The position numbers and the translations under genes are program-made. From a virus, in the IMG/VR virus record IMGVR_UViG_3300027859_000006, positions 32,001 through 96,000 of that record: a stretch of 64,000 bases of DNA, one strand, 5' to 3'. Shown in pieces: positions 27,799 to 36,246 of this stretch. The notes beneath the pieces were generated by a model that was given only the letters and a program-made list of their open reading frames with translations, did not search any database and was not told where the DNA came from. The stretch's first letter is position 1. Each line of letters opens with the position of its first letter.

Positions 27799-27981
27799 AT
27801 GAAAGCAAAAATAACTATGCTAGAGGAATTAACAGGCATAGAGGATGGTGAAACTCTGACCAAAGAAATACTAGCGCAGGGTGTAACTCTTGAAAACGTC
27901 GCCTTAGCTAATTCAGCCGCCAACAAACATACGTTTACTTGGACAAAAGACGACGTAGAAAGGATGCGACCTTATATGTAA
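27799..27981 (+). CDS. pre-early hypothetical protein
   Basis: 60 aa ORF in operon direction. Confidence 0.45.
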   Translation: MKAKITMLEELTGIEDGETLTKEILAQGVTLENVALANSAANKHTFTWTKDDVERMRPYM

Positions 27982-27999
27982 ACTAAAGTGAATAAAAAG

Positions 28000-28240
28000 T
28001 GCATATTTATGCACTTTTTTGCATAACCGCGCCGCTCCGGCACACGGATTCCCACCTATACAGTATAACAGGTCTACACGTCAACGCAAGCACTTTTTAA
28101 CTGGTCAGACCACGTAATCTAAATGAGAATGATTCGCATTCAACCGCGCCGATTTTACCATACCCTGACACAAAAAACAAGTCTACATGCAAATGATTCG
28201 TATTTAACTTTTTGAATCTAAATGCAAATGATTCGCATTC
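28000..28240. promoter_or_regulatory. second host-regulator site cluster (ArgR-, FadR-, Fur-like)
   Basis: TGCATATTTATGCA 28000-28013; AACTGGTCAGACCACGT 28099-28115; Fur-like boxes 28121, 28185, 28220. Confidence 0.65.
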
Positions 28241-28315
28241 GCAAAGTAACCTTATTTTTCGACAAATAAATTTACCGAAAAATCGGGGGTTTACCCCTGT
28301 CCGGGAGCGCAGCGA

Positions 28316-28526
28316 CCTGCGCCAGAGTACGATTTCGACTAGTACTAAACCGACCGCTGCCCCTACGTGTGAGCTACCCTGAGTACTAATCCGACTACCA
28401 TGGCGGCTTGTCCCAATCTTCAGCAGACACTACAGCTTCTGACGGGCGTGCTGTGCTGGTGGAAGTAGACGGGCGCGAAGTGCCCGTCGCCAGAGTACGA
28501 TTCTGACCTAGTACTAGACCGACCGC
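28316..28526. repeat. short-unit direct repeats (AGTAC-N4/5-CCGAC-like x5)
   Basis: units at 28326, 28341, 28382, 28494, 28510; hairpin 28468-28488. Confidence 0.75.
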
Positions 28527-28628
28527 CTCTGCCAAGAGCAGGAGTTCGTCTTTTTTAGCAGCACTGAGGCTAGGGGCGGCAATGTTTAAGTGAGTACAAA
28601 TCTGATTGGCTATATCTGTCTTAGTCAT
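28395..28628 (-). CDS. small protein resembling the A2 C-terminal helical module
   Basis: MTKTDIANQI..HL....SLSAAKKDEL; 3' half runs through the repeats. Confidence 0.45.
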   Translation of the reverse strand: MTKTDIANQICTHLNIAAPSLSAAKKDELLLLAEAVGLVLGQNRTLATGTSRPSTSTSTARPSEAVVSAEDWDKPPW

Positions 28629-28660
28629 GCTTATTCCGGTTAATTCAACTTATACGCATA

Positions 28661-29329
28661 TTATATAAGGTTTATAGCGGAAAAGCAAGGGATTTCTTGG
28701 CTTATTTTGGGCTTTTCAGGGAATCTTATATCAGGCTTAAATGCGTACCATTTACCATCTAGAGTATAAGAATTATGATACTTTGCGCAATATATAGTGT
28801 CAAAGTTATATATACCCTCATCTTCTACATACTCCCAGAACTCAGCTAAAGACCATCCGGCCGGTTTGACCTCCGAAGGAGGGAGGTAGCCGAGAACCCT
28901 GTAGGCGTTGTTGTCTATTAAAAATTGTTCAGTCTTGTCACCCACCAGCGCCTCTATTTCAGAGTACAAATCCGGTGACAGTTTATTTTTAGTCAGTACC
29001 TCTGTAGCAGCAAGTCTCTTTAAAGCGGCTACCCCTGTTTTTCTAACTAGAGGTAGGATCTCGGAACAGACGTAAAGCTGCCATTCTCTTGCTGTTGGCA
29101 TATCAGATCGCATTAAAAAGAAGTAAAGAACCTGCTCAGCATACAATTTACGTCCGTCGGAGCACGGTGCACTCTCGATACGTAAATCAGCATTACGCTT
29201 AAGAAAATCTCGTATTGCTCGCTTAGGCTCTGAGTAACCTAGCTTCTCTGCAAATTCTTCAAGGTCAAAATAAAATTCGTTGTTTATCTCGTAGAGTGAG
29301 ACACCCTTTTCTAAGTTTAGTATATTCAT
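28661..29329 (-). CDS. Bro-N domain (antirepressor-like) protein
   Basis: AEKLGYS.PKRAI, LY.F.MRSD.P.A.EWQ.YV.SEILP.VRKTG. Confidence 0.8.
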   Translation of the reverse strand: MNILNLEKGVSLYEINNEFYFDLEEFAEKLGYSEPKRAIRDFLKRNADLRIESAPCSDGRKLYAEQVLYFFLMRSDMPTAREWQLYVCSEILPLVRKTGVAALKRLAATEVLTKNKLSPDLYSEIEALVGDKTEQFLIDNNAYRVLGYLPPSEVKPAGWSLAEFWEYVEDEGIYNFDTIYCAKYHNSYTLDGKWYAFKPDIRFPEKPKISQEIPCFSAINLI

Positions 29330-29382
29330 AGGTTTCAGTATATCAAAAATAGTCTAGGAGGGCAAATGATTTAACAAAACAC

Positions 29383-29436
29383 TTGATTCGAGACGTTTTT
29401 TAACGTATAATACTTGTATTGAATGAATGAGGAAGA
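29383..29436 (+). promoter_or_regulatory. early-type promoter/leader repeat
   Basis: TTGATT...CGTATAATACTTGTATTGAATGAATGAGGA; same leader as the minus-strand early promoters. Confidence 0.75.
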
Positions 29437-29442
29437 ACGAAT

Positions 29443-29754
29443 ATGTGGAACGAACAAAAATCTGCTCAACTAGTTAAGACTTACAAAACTAACGGCTACG
29501 ATGCTGCGCAAGCGGCGAAGGCGCTTGGAGTATCGGAACGCTCTGCTATCTCTAAGCTGGTGGCTCTAGGAGAGTATGTTAAGCCTGTTAAGGTACAAGC
29601 TTCCACGGGGCGCATTAATAAAACTCAGTACATTTCTGCGGTCGAGGCAATGCTAGGAGTCAAGTCTGGTAAACTAGCGGGTCTCTCTGGGGCTAGTGCT
29701 AATGCGATAGAAGAATTAGCGGCTGCTCTTGTAAAACTAGGAGACCGTGCATAA
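29443..29754 (+). CDS. A2-paralogous DNA-binding protein
   Basis: MWNEQKSAQL...SERSAISKLVALGEY aligns with A2 (21421). Confidence 0.7.
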   Translation: MWNEQKSAQLVKTYKTNGYDAAQAAKALGVSERSAISKLVALGEYVKPVKVQASTGRINKTQYISAVEAMLGVKSGKLAGLSGASANAIEELAAALVKLGDRA

Positions 29755-30002
29755 TGGATGTTATTGTTGGAATTTGGACTGTATTAACCCTTCTAGGGTA
29801 TCTAGCCTACTTCGCAGGCGACAGAGCGACTGTAGTAATGTATGACCTAGAGGTGTATCAGGGTAGAGTATTCAATTGGGCGGATGCAGTTAGTATTATC
29901 CTAGGGGTGGTATCGGGGCACTATTGGCTGTCTTTGCTAGTGCCGCTCAGCTCGATTCTCATGTATAAGCGCACTCGCAAAAAGTTGGGACGTCCCAGCT
30001 AG
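29754..30002 (+). CDS. membrane protein
   Basis: translationally coupled; hydrophobic segments. Confidence 0.55.
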   Translation: MDVIVGIWTVLTLLGYLAYFAGDRATVVMYDLEVYQGRVFNWADAVSIILGVVSGHYWLSLLVPLSSILMYKRTRKKLGRPS

Positions 30003-30100
30003 CGCCGCTCCGCGGCGAGCCCTTTCCCATCTATAACATGTATTATACGCGGAATTGAGCCCGTTTGCAAGTGATTTTTAGTAAGAAACTGGTGAGGCTA

Positions 30101-30558
30101 GGGTGGGTTTTGGGAAAGACTCGGGGAATTTTAGTCGCGCCTAACGGTCGTTTACGACCTGCGCCTCCGAAAAAGCTAAAAAATTGCTTGCGAGGCTACA
30201 AACCCAAATTTCGCCACTTCGCGGCGGATTAGGGTAAAATGTTGCAAACCCAATCTTGGCCGTAAACGGCCGGGTTATGGGTAGAAGTGTAATAGACCTA
30301 GGGGAAGGTTGGGAGGGATTTGGGATACAAGTGTAATCCGCATCGAGGAAAGAATTTGGGTAAGTGTTGCTAAGGTTCTCGCCGGAACAATGCCGAAGGC
30401 ATAGAGTGGGCGAGGATATAGCAGAAGTGTAATAGAAGTATAGTAGAGTCTAGGGAGAAGTCTAGGCTAGAGTTGGAAAGGCAGCGGGCGGGGCGAGTCC
30501 AGGGCCGTATGTTGGGAAGGGTCGGGGAAGGTTGGGATGGATTTGGGATTAAGTGGGG
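30101..30558 (+). repeat. G-tract repeats (potential G-quadruplexes) near the probable right end of the terminal repeat
   Basis: GGGGAAGGTTGGGA.GGATTTGGGAT at 30301 and 30524; GGGTGGGTTTTGGG...GGGG at 30101. Confidence 0.7.
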
Positions 30559-30887
30559 AAACATTCCTCTGATATAGCTATAAGTATAACTATAAATAAC
30601 TATCCCTCCTAGTTTTTTGATACTCAAAATTTTAAAATTGGTACTTTTTCGATAGATACAATTATGGCAATAAAATCTTTTTGTTGTGTTCGCTTAAAGC
30701 GTCTATTTCTTAGTATTGGTTAGGCTTGTCAAAGTTTTTTGGGGTGTGCTTTAAACAGAGTCGCACCCCACTTTGAGCCAAACCGACTAAGAAGTCGCTA
30801 AAGCTCACATCAATAGAGAGTCATATAACTCTCTAGAAGATGTTAATATTGTAGCAGATTTTTTTCTCCATGTAAAGTATTTTTCTT

Positions 30888-31160
30888 TTACTCACCAATG
30901 GGTTCTGACCACAATGCTTCAAATGGTTCTTTGCAGTAAACAACATATGACCAAGACGTGTAACTTGGGTTACTTTTTCGGTCGACTTTGTTTTCTTCTA
31001 GGATTTGAAGATATCGGTCGTATTTTTGCTTAACAGTTCTTTCCTTATCTTCCTTGAACAAGCGTTGTGTGACTTGCATATGCTTTAACAGCATTTCTTG
31101 AGTGTGGTTTGGGAATTTGTTGCAAAACTGTCTTAGTTTAACTTTGTAGGCTTCTTTCAT
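30888..31160 (-). CDS. hypothetical protein, paralog family A
   Basis: MKE.YKVK..QFCNK...NP...SW.YVVY.KE shared with 31157. Confidence 0.75.
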   Translation of the reverse strand: MKEAYKVKLRQFCNKFPNHTQEMLLKHMQVTQRLFKEDKERTVKQKYDRYLQILEENKVDRKSNPSYTSWSYVVYCKEPFEALWSEPIGE

Positions 31161-31411
31161 TTCTTAAAATACTCCTTATAGCTCTCTTTAAAATATACTA
31201 CATACTTCCAGCTTGTCCAGCTAGGAGGGTTGGTAGGGTCTTTCAACTCTTCTGCGCTTACTCGTTCTACGAACGCTTCATAACACTCCTTAACCGAGAG
31301 GTGCAGCTTATCAGCACGAAAGCGTTTTCTAGTACTATCTAAAATTTGCTCTGTAGGGTTTTTATACTTATTACAGAACTGCTTTATTTTAACTTTGTAT
31401 GATTCTTTCAT
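31157..31411 (-). CDS. hypothetical protein, paralog family A
   Basis: paralog of 30888. Confidence 0.75.
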   Translation of the reverse strand: MKESYKVKIKQFCNKYKNPTEQILDSTRKRFRADKLHLSVKECYEAFVERVSAEELKDPTNPPSWTSWKYVVYFKESYKEYFKK

Positions 31412-31418
31412 GGTGCTG

Positions 31419-31664
31419 TCAACTTCTATTAATCTTTTTTATTTCTGCTTTAATAGCTTTTAATCCTCCGACTTTTCTTAGTATCTTCCATCGGGTGTAC
31501 ATTACTTCTAGCTTAGACATATCTTTGTAACCTTTAATCCACCAAGTAGCACTGGTGTAGGCGACGTAGTCGCCAGCTCCTAGGTTTACAACAGCTTGTC
31601 GGACTAGAGGACAGCTAACTCCAAAGAACTCAGTACAAATACCATATCTTAATGCGTTAAACAT
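31419..31664 (-). CDS. hypothetical protein, paralog family B (single domain)
   Basis: GIC...QAVVNLG...WWIK.Y. Confidence 0.75.
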   Translation of the reverse strand: MFNALRYGICTEFFGVSCPLVRQAVVNLGAGDYVAYTSATWWIKGYKDMSKLEVMYTRWKILRKVGGLKAIKAEIKKINRS

Positions 31665-32217
31665 TAGGATTATTCCTCGCTATGAGCATCATTCTAATGC
31701 TGTACCAATGTTTTATAATAAATTGTATAATCTCTTTCCTAGCCTTTCTACCTGCTTCTGTATTTGGACTACCAGCTTTGACCCAATAGTGTTCTGCTGG
31801 GTCTATGCCAGGACACCCCATTTCATGGAGGATTTGGCCGAGATTTCCTACACTACCTAAAGTACCTGAAGGGGTTATATACTCAGCTATTTGATGGCAC
31901 AGGTAATCGTCGCTTCTTAAATGAAAGGGGGGAGTAAAAGGTACATAGCTTCTTTGTTCAAGCTCGGTTAGTCTTTCGACTTCTTCTTTCAAAGCACTCA
32001 ATCCATTCACTCGGTTCAGGATTTTGATTCTAGTAATAACAACTTTCCACCAAGGAATATTGTAGTAGTCTTTAATCCACCACACGTTCTCCTTATGCTC
32101 AACGTATTGAGAGCCGCCTAGATTAATGACGGCTTGTTTAACAATAGGCGAACTAAGGTTAGGTCTGTCACCTTTTACGGCTATACAAATACCTACTAAT
32201 AGTGCTCTTAAATACAT
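31657..32217 (-). CDS. hypothetical protein, paralog family B (two domains)
   Basis: GIC...QAVINLGG..WWIK plus second domain YLC..GCP..WVKAG. Confidence 0.75.
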   Translation of the reverse strand: MYLRALLVGICIAVKGDRPNLSSPIVKQAVINLGGSQYVEHKENVWWIKDYYNIPWWKVVITRIKILNRVNGLSALKEEVERLTELEQRSYVPFTPPFHLRSDDYLCHQIAEYITPSGTLGSVGNLGQILHEMGCPGIDPAEHYWVKAGSPNTEAGRKARKEIIQFIIKHWYSIRMMLIARNNPNV

Positions 32218-32723
32218 AGTCTTATCCTCAAGGTGTTCCAGTTTACTCGCATAAACCGTATGATTTCTTCTCTAGCCTTTTGCCCTTCTGGAGTATCTGG
32301 TTCTCCTGCTTCAACCCATAGAGACTTATATCTGGTTGAGACATTAGGACATTTCATACTTAAAAGAATGTCTCTAAGCTGTTCTGAAGTTACAGGAATA
32401 TCGTAGATTATTTTTAACTGTGGGCAAATATATCTATCAGGCATTAGATCAGGGCAGCTTACAGGCATAGTAGAAATCTTATTTTCTACTCTTACAGCTT
32501 CTTTGCGCAGCTTTTTATACCCTCCGACTTTAATTAGAATTAATAGCCTAATGAGCATAATTTTCCACTTAGGGGATTTGTAGTAGTTTTTAATCCACCA
32601 AGAAACGCTTTCCCTATCCACATATTTTCCACCACCTAGATTAATAACTGCTTGCTGTATAACATGAGTATTAATAGTGGATATAGGAAAACAAATACCT
32701 CGCTTTATTGCTTCAAACCACAT
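32208..32723 (-). CDS. hypothetical protein, paralog family B (two domains)
   Basis: paralog of 31657. Confidence 0.75.
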   Translation of the reverse strand: MWFEAIKRGICFPISTINTHVIQQAVINLGGGKYVDRESVSWWIKNYYKSPKWKIMLIRLLILIKVGGYKKLRKEAVRVENKISTMPVSCPDLMPDRYICPQLKIIYDIPVTSEQLRDILLSMKCPNVSTRYKSLWVEAGEPDTPEGQKAREEIIRFMRVNWNTLRIRLCI

Positions 32724-32725
32724 AA

Positions 32726-33007
32726 TTATTCCTCCGCTTCTTTAAGTGCTTCTTCTAGGTCTTCAATGCACTCAGCTTGGTCATTAATGCGTTGTGCTAC
32801 TACCATCAATGCAGTTATTTCTATATCTAACAAGTAACTTATAACATTAATATTGGCGGCATTATGTTCAGCTTCTACTACCTTTTCAATCTGCTCATCT
32901 GTAAGCATATGACCTATGATGCAACGGCATCCGTCTGAGTCAACGTACTTACCTTGTACTAGACGGCCTTGCTCTTTAACTTTTTCAAGCGCTTTCTGTA
33001 AGTTCAT
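32726..33007 (-). CDS. hypothetical protein, paralog family C
   Basis: CRCIIGH...QRIND. Confidence 0.75.
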   Translation of the reverse strand: MNLQKALEKVKEQGRLVQGKYVDSDGCRCIIGHMLTDEQIEKVVEAEHNAANINVISYLLDIEITALMVVAQRINDQAECIEDLEEALKEAEE

Positions 33008-33311
33008 AGTGTCTTTCCACGTAGCTTTTAGCTTTTTGCATAAATTCTTTCACAGACTGACTATGGTCATTTAGTACCTGCAAATCGGATAGAGTTATTA
33101 ACTCTCTAGTTGTTAAATCTAAGCTTAGAGCGTCTACTGTTCTATTTTGTAGGTTTGTATTTACAATATACTCTATTTCGTAATCATCCATCAAATGACC
33201 AATAACACAGCGGCAGCCTCCGCTGCCTATGTATGCTCGTTTTATAAGTCTGTTTTGGTCTTCTACTTTCTGAATAGCTTCTAACAAATTTTCTTTAGTT
33301 ACTGGTTTCAT
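32985..33311 (-). CDS. hypothetical protein, paralog family C
   Basis: CRCVIGH...LQVLND. Confidence 0.75.
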   Translation of the reverse strand: MKPVTKENLLEAIQKVEDQNRLIKRAYIGSGGCRCVIGHLMDDYEIEYIVNTNLQNRTVDALSLDLTTRELITLSDLQVLNDHSQSVKEFMQKAKSYVERHYELTESA

Positions 33312-33637
33312 TTAAACAGCTCCTCTACTAATTCTTTAGCTTCTTTTGCAAATACGTCTACTGGGAGTTTTTCAATGTCATTCAGGCTTTGAAGTTTTGC
33401 TAAAATAAGTCTGTCTTTAACAGACACGTTGATAGAGTTGGTTTCAAGAAGAAATGCTCCAATAGAGAAATCATTGAACCCAGCTTCTTTTAGTTTAGCC
33501 AACTCTTGGTCATCCATCAAGTGACCAATAACACAGCGGCAGCCTGTAGAATCTTCATATTCATAATGAGTTAGCTTGCCCTGCTTCTCTACCTTTTGAA
33601 TAGCTTCTAACAAATTTTCTTTAGTTACTGGTTTCAT
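33308..33637 (-). CDS. hypothetical protein, paralog family C
   Basis: CRCVIGH...LQSLND; same N-terminus as 32985. Confidence 0.75.
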   Translation of the reverse strand: MKPVTKENLLEAIQKVEKQGKLTHYEYEDSTGCRCVIGHLMDDQELAKLKEAGFNDFSIGAFLLETNSINVSVKDRLILAKLQSLNDIEKLPVDVFAKEAKELVEELFK

Positions 33638-33954
33638 TGGTACGATTCCTCGATTATTCGTGTGCAGCGAGCTTTGAAATTGTCCATACTCGTAGCGGTG
33701 TCATTAACAAACTGCAACGCTGATAGAATCCCTTCAGGTTCAGTTCCTAGGAGGTGCTTTCCAATAACACCTATTGGAAGCCCATTAGCATTATTACTTA
33801 AAATGGCATGTAGCTCTTTATCTTCTAGTAGATAGCCTACAACATCGCGATGTTTGCCGTCGCTGGAAATGTAGGCATTTTTAAGGATAAGACCTTGGTC
33901 TATTACTTCCTGTACCGCTTTAGTAACGCTTTCTTTAGTTAGTGCTTTCACCAA
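33634..33954 (-). CDS. hypothetical protein, paralog family C
   Basis: HRDVVGY...LQFVND. Confidence 0.7.
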   Translation of the reverse strand: MVKALTKESVTKAVQEVIDQGLILKNAYISSDGKHRDVVGYLLEDKELHAILSNNANGLPIGVIGKHLLGTEPEGILSALQFVNDTATSMDNFKARCTRIIEESYQ

Positions 33955-34291
33955 AATATCTCCTTACAACGTTCTTCGCTTCTTTTTCAAAATAGTCAAG
34001 GTCGACAGCTAAGTCGTGCGCTGACTGTAGTGCCATTAACATTAGTACGTCTTCTTCGTCAAAGAAACCGTGTACTTCCTGTACTGATTCTACTGCTGTA
34101 TCACTAGGAGTATTATCTGCTAGCTTTCTTTGCTCCGGAGTAAGAAGCTTGCCTACTACACAGTTGATATTTGGGTCGTCTGGGCTTTCGTAGTAACATC
34201 TCTCCTGCTCATTAACGCTTAGGCATCCCTGTGCCACAACTGCATCGATTGCATCAACAACTTGCTTTCTAGTTAATCGTTTACTCACCAA
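33935..34291 (-). CDS. hypothetical protein, paralog family C
   Basis: CYY...NCVVGK...LQSAHD. Confidence 0.75.
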   Translation of the reverse strand: MVSKRLTRKQVVDAIDAVVAQGCLSVNEQERCYYESPDDPNINCVVGKLLTPEQRKLADNTPSDTAVESVQEVHGFFDEEDVLMLMALQSAHDLAVDLDYFEKEAKNVVRRYFGESTN

Positions 34292-34619
34292 AATACTCCT
34301 CTACAACTTTTTTCACTTCTTTTTTAAAACCGTCCAGATCGTTAGCTAAGTCGTGTACTGCTTGTAGACCAACTAACAATGGAACATCTTCTGGGTCGAA
34401 AAATCCATGTTCACGGTTAACCCAGTCTATGCTAGAATCCACTTCAGTAAGATCGGCAAGTTCTCTTTGCTCTGGAGTTAGCAACTTACCAACGACACAA
34501 TTGATATTTGGATTGCTAGGATTTGCATATAGACAGTTCCCTTCAGCGTCCTGCCCTAAACATCCCTGCGCTACAACCGCATCGATTGCATCAACAACTT
34601 GTTTTTTAGTTAAGCGCAT
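34281..34619 (-). CDS. hypothetical protein, paralog family C
   Basis: CLY...NCVVGK...LQAVHD; near-duplicate of 33935. Confidence 0.75.
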   Translation of the reverse strand: MRLTKKQVVDAIDAVVAQGCLGQDAEGNCLYANPSNPNINCVVGKLLTPEQRELADLTEVDSSIDWVNREHGFFDPEDVPLLVGLQAVHDLANDLDGFKKEVKKVVEEYFGE

Positions 34620-34851
34620 TAGTAGCCTCCAATAGTTCTTTCAGTGTGGCGGGTTTAGCGTCTTTTATGTATGGGAAATCTTCACCGTCAAGAACCCAGT
34701 ACTCTAGCTCTACTAGAACGTTGTTCTCAACACTGGCGATTAGTACTTCGTCCTCTCCTGCTTTACCATATATATTTCTGTATAGTTCAAAGAAACAGCT
34801 TTTCAGGGCTTCTAGGTTTTCTTCTGTGTCTTCGATAATAAAGTTCTTCAT
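34606..34851 (-). CDS. acidic hypothetical protein
   Basis: coupled in operon. Confidence 0.6.
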   Translation of the reverse strand: MKNFIIEDTEENLEALKSCFFELYRNIYGKAGEDEVLIASVENNVLVELEYWVLDGEDFPYIKDAKPATLKELLEATNALN

Positions 34852-35252
34852 GCTAATAATTCTCTTACTTGTTTAAGGTAGTCTAATGCTGTCTCGGCAT
34901 TAGATTCTGTGTTTAAATGAGGATGTTCTAATAAAGGGTTCAAAACATCAGTGGCTTCGGCATCTGTCTTTCTATTCTTCCACCAACTGCCAAACATAGA
35001 GTTTGAAACGGTCTCCCCCACCTCGTCTCCCACGTGAAGCCATACTTCATCAGGGTTAGTATCTTTTACCAGTCTCGAAACTTCAGGGTCTAGTACTGCA
35101 TAACCGCAGATACAGGCAGCAGTTTCACAGTTATGGATGGTCGTGCTTTTGCTAAGTAGTTCTTCGTGTTCGTAGAAAACTGCCATGCTAAGCTCTTTAT
35201 CCCTAGCAACGACTTCTTCCATAGCGTTAATCACAGCGTTCAAAACTTTCAT
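34848..35252 (-). CDS. hypothetical protein (C..AACICG, HPHL)
   Basis: first gene after early promoter; related to 35643. Confidence 0.7.
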   Translation of the reverse strand: MKVLNAVINAMEEVVARDKELSMAVFYEHEELLSKSTTIHNCETAACICGYAVLDPEVSRLVKDTNPDEVWLHVGDEVGETVSNSMFGSWWKNRKTDAEATDVLNPLLEHPHLNTESNAETALDYLKQVRELLA

Positions 35253-35259
35253 TCGGATT

Positions 35260-35311
35260 TCCTCATTTATTTAATACATATATTATACGTTAAAATTAAG
35301 TAGATTTGCAA
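35260..35311 (-). promoter_or_regulatory. early promoter/leader repeat
   Basis: TTGCAA...CGTATAATATATGTATTAAATAAATGAGGA. Confidence 0.75.
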
Positions 35312-35642
35312 GCGATTTTATCTTTGAATTGAACTATGCGTCTCAATGTTTTTTGCTTCAAATCTCGGTATCTTAGTTCTTGCTCGTATCGCGTTATTTG
35401 GTCTTTTGTTAAGACCTAGTCGTACAGGTGTTTCAATATCTCGCTCTAGTGCTACATAGCTCATAAAAGAAGTTTTCCGGCTCGTATACGTAAGCTCTTC
35501 CATTCGTTTCAAACCAACAGTACCCTATTGTAATATAGCCCTGTTCTTTTAAATACTGGCTTTATTTCGTCGAAGTAGTTTTCTAGTTCAAAGTCATACT
35601 AAGCCTAGAATTATTTCCATACACATGGAATGTTAAGGGTAA

Positions 35643-36041
35643 TCATAGCCTTTTCAACTTTAATATAATAAGGTTAATGAAGTTGATAGCCATTGCTCTG
35701 TTATTATGGTCTTCTGTTAAGTGGGGGTGTTTTAGATCATCGTCTGTGAAGAACTTAGACTCGTACGCCATTGCACGTCTAGCCATGTAAGTAGACCTAT
35801 AGATACTTTCTGCCACCCTTAGTCCCGCGTCTTCTAGAACATCCTCAAATAGGTTTTCTAGTTCGCTAGCTGCTGCTATGCAAGCAAGGTTTGAGGACGC
35901 ATTACCTGGGTCTCTGTAAACTGTCAAGTCACCTATTAAACAGCAAGAGCTTCCACAATACCAGTACCCCATGTCTAAAGGGATAGTAGCCTTCTCAGAA
36001 GCCTTAATCATTTCTTCTAAAAATTTAATTAGTTTGTTCAT
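35643..36041 (-). CDS. hypothetical protein (CGSSCCLIGD, HPHL)
   Basis: paralog of 34848; start MNKLIKF with GGAG SD. Confidence 0.65.
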   Translation of the reverse strand: MNKLIKFLEEMIKASEKATIPLDMGYWYCGSSCCLIGDLTVYRDPGNASSNLACIAAASELENLFEDVLEDAGLRVAESIYRSTYMARRAMAYESKFFTDDDLKHPHLTEDHNNRAMAINFINLIILKLKRL

Positions 36042-36246
36042 TTTGTCGGCTCTCCAGTATTGAAATGTCAAATGGGTTTAGTACTGAAATTACTTTGTTA
36101 AAAGATATTTTTATTCCTGAAAGGTCTGAGAAAATTAAGTTATGGGATTTACCCTTTATAGTAATCTCTTTTTCTTTAAGCACGGCAGCCTTCGCTGCCA
36201 CTTCACTTAAGGGTGTATGGATTACTAGAAGTTCTGCTATTGTCAT
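36025..36246 (-). CDS. hypothetical protein
   Basis: coupled in operon. Confidence 0.55.
   Translation of the reverse strand: MTIAELLVIHTPLSEVAAKAAVLKEKEITIKGKSHNLIFSDLSGIKISFNKVISVLNPFDISILESRQNEQTN

Noticed and set aside
28316-28526. Possible mini-CRISPR array (also considered for 21215-21329 and the ACAGCAA elements)
   Set aside because: Repeats are degenerate with irregular spacing, there are no uniform unique spacers, and no cas genes
20499-29563. Chi-like GCTGGTGG at 20499, 24956, 28455, 29556
   Set aside because: A similar number occur on the other strand, mostly within Ala-Gly-Gly codons, and the host Chi sequence is unknown; no clear enrichment
30370-30627. 85-aa minus-strand ORF
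   Set aside because: Translates the G-tract repeats (PNPSQPSP); probably non-coding
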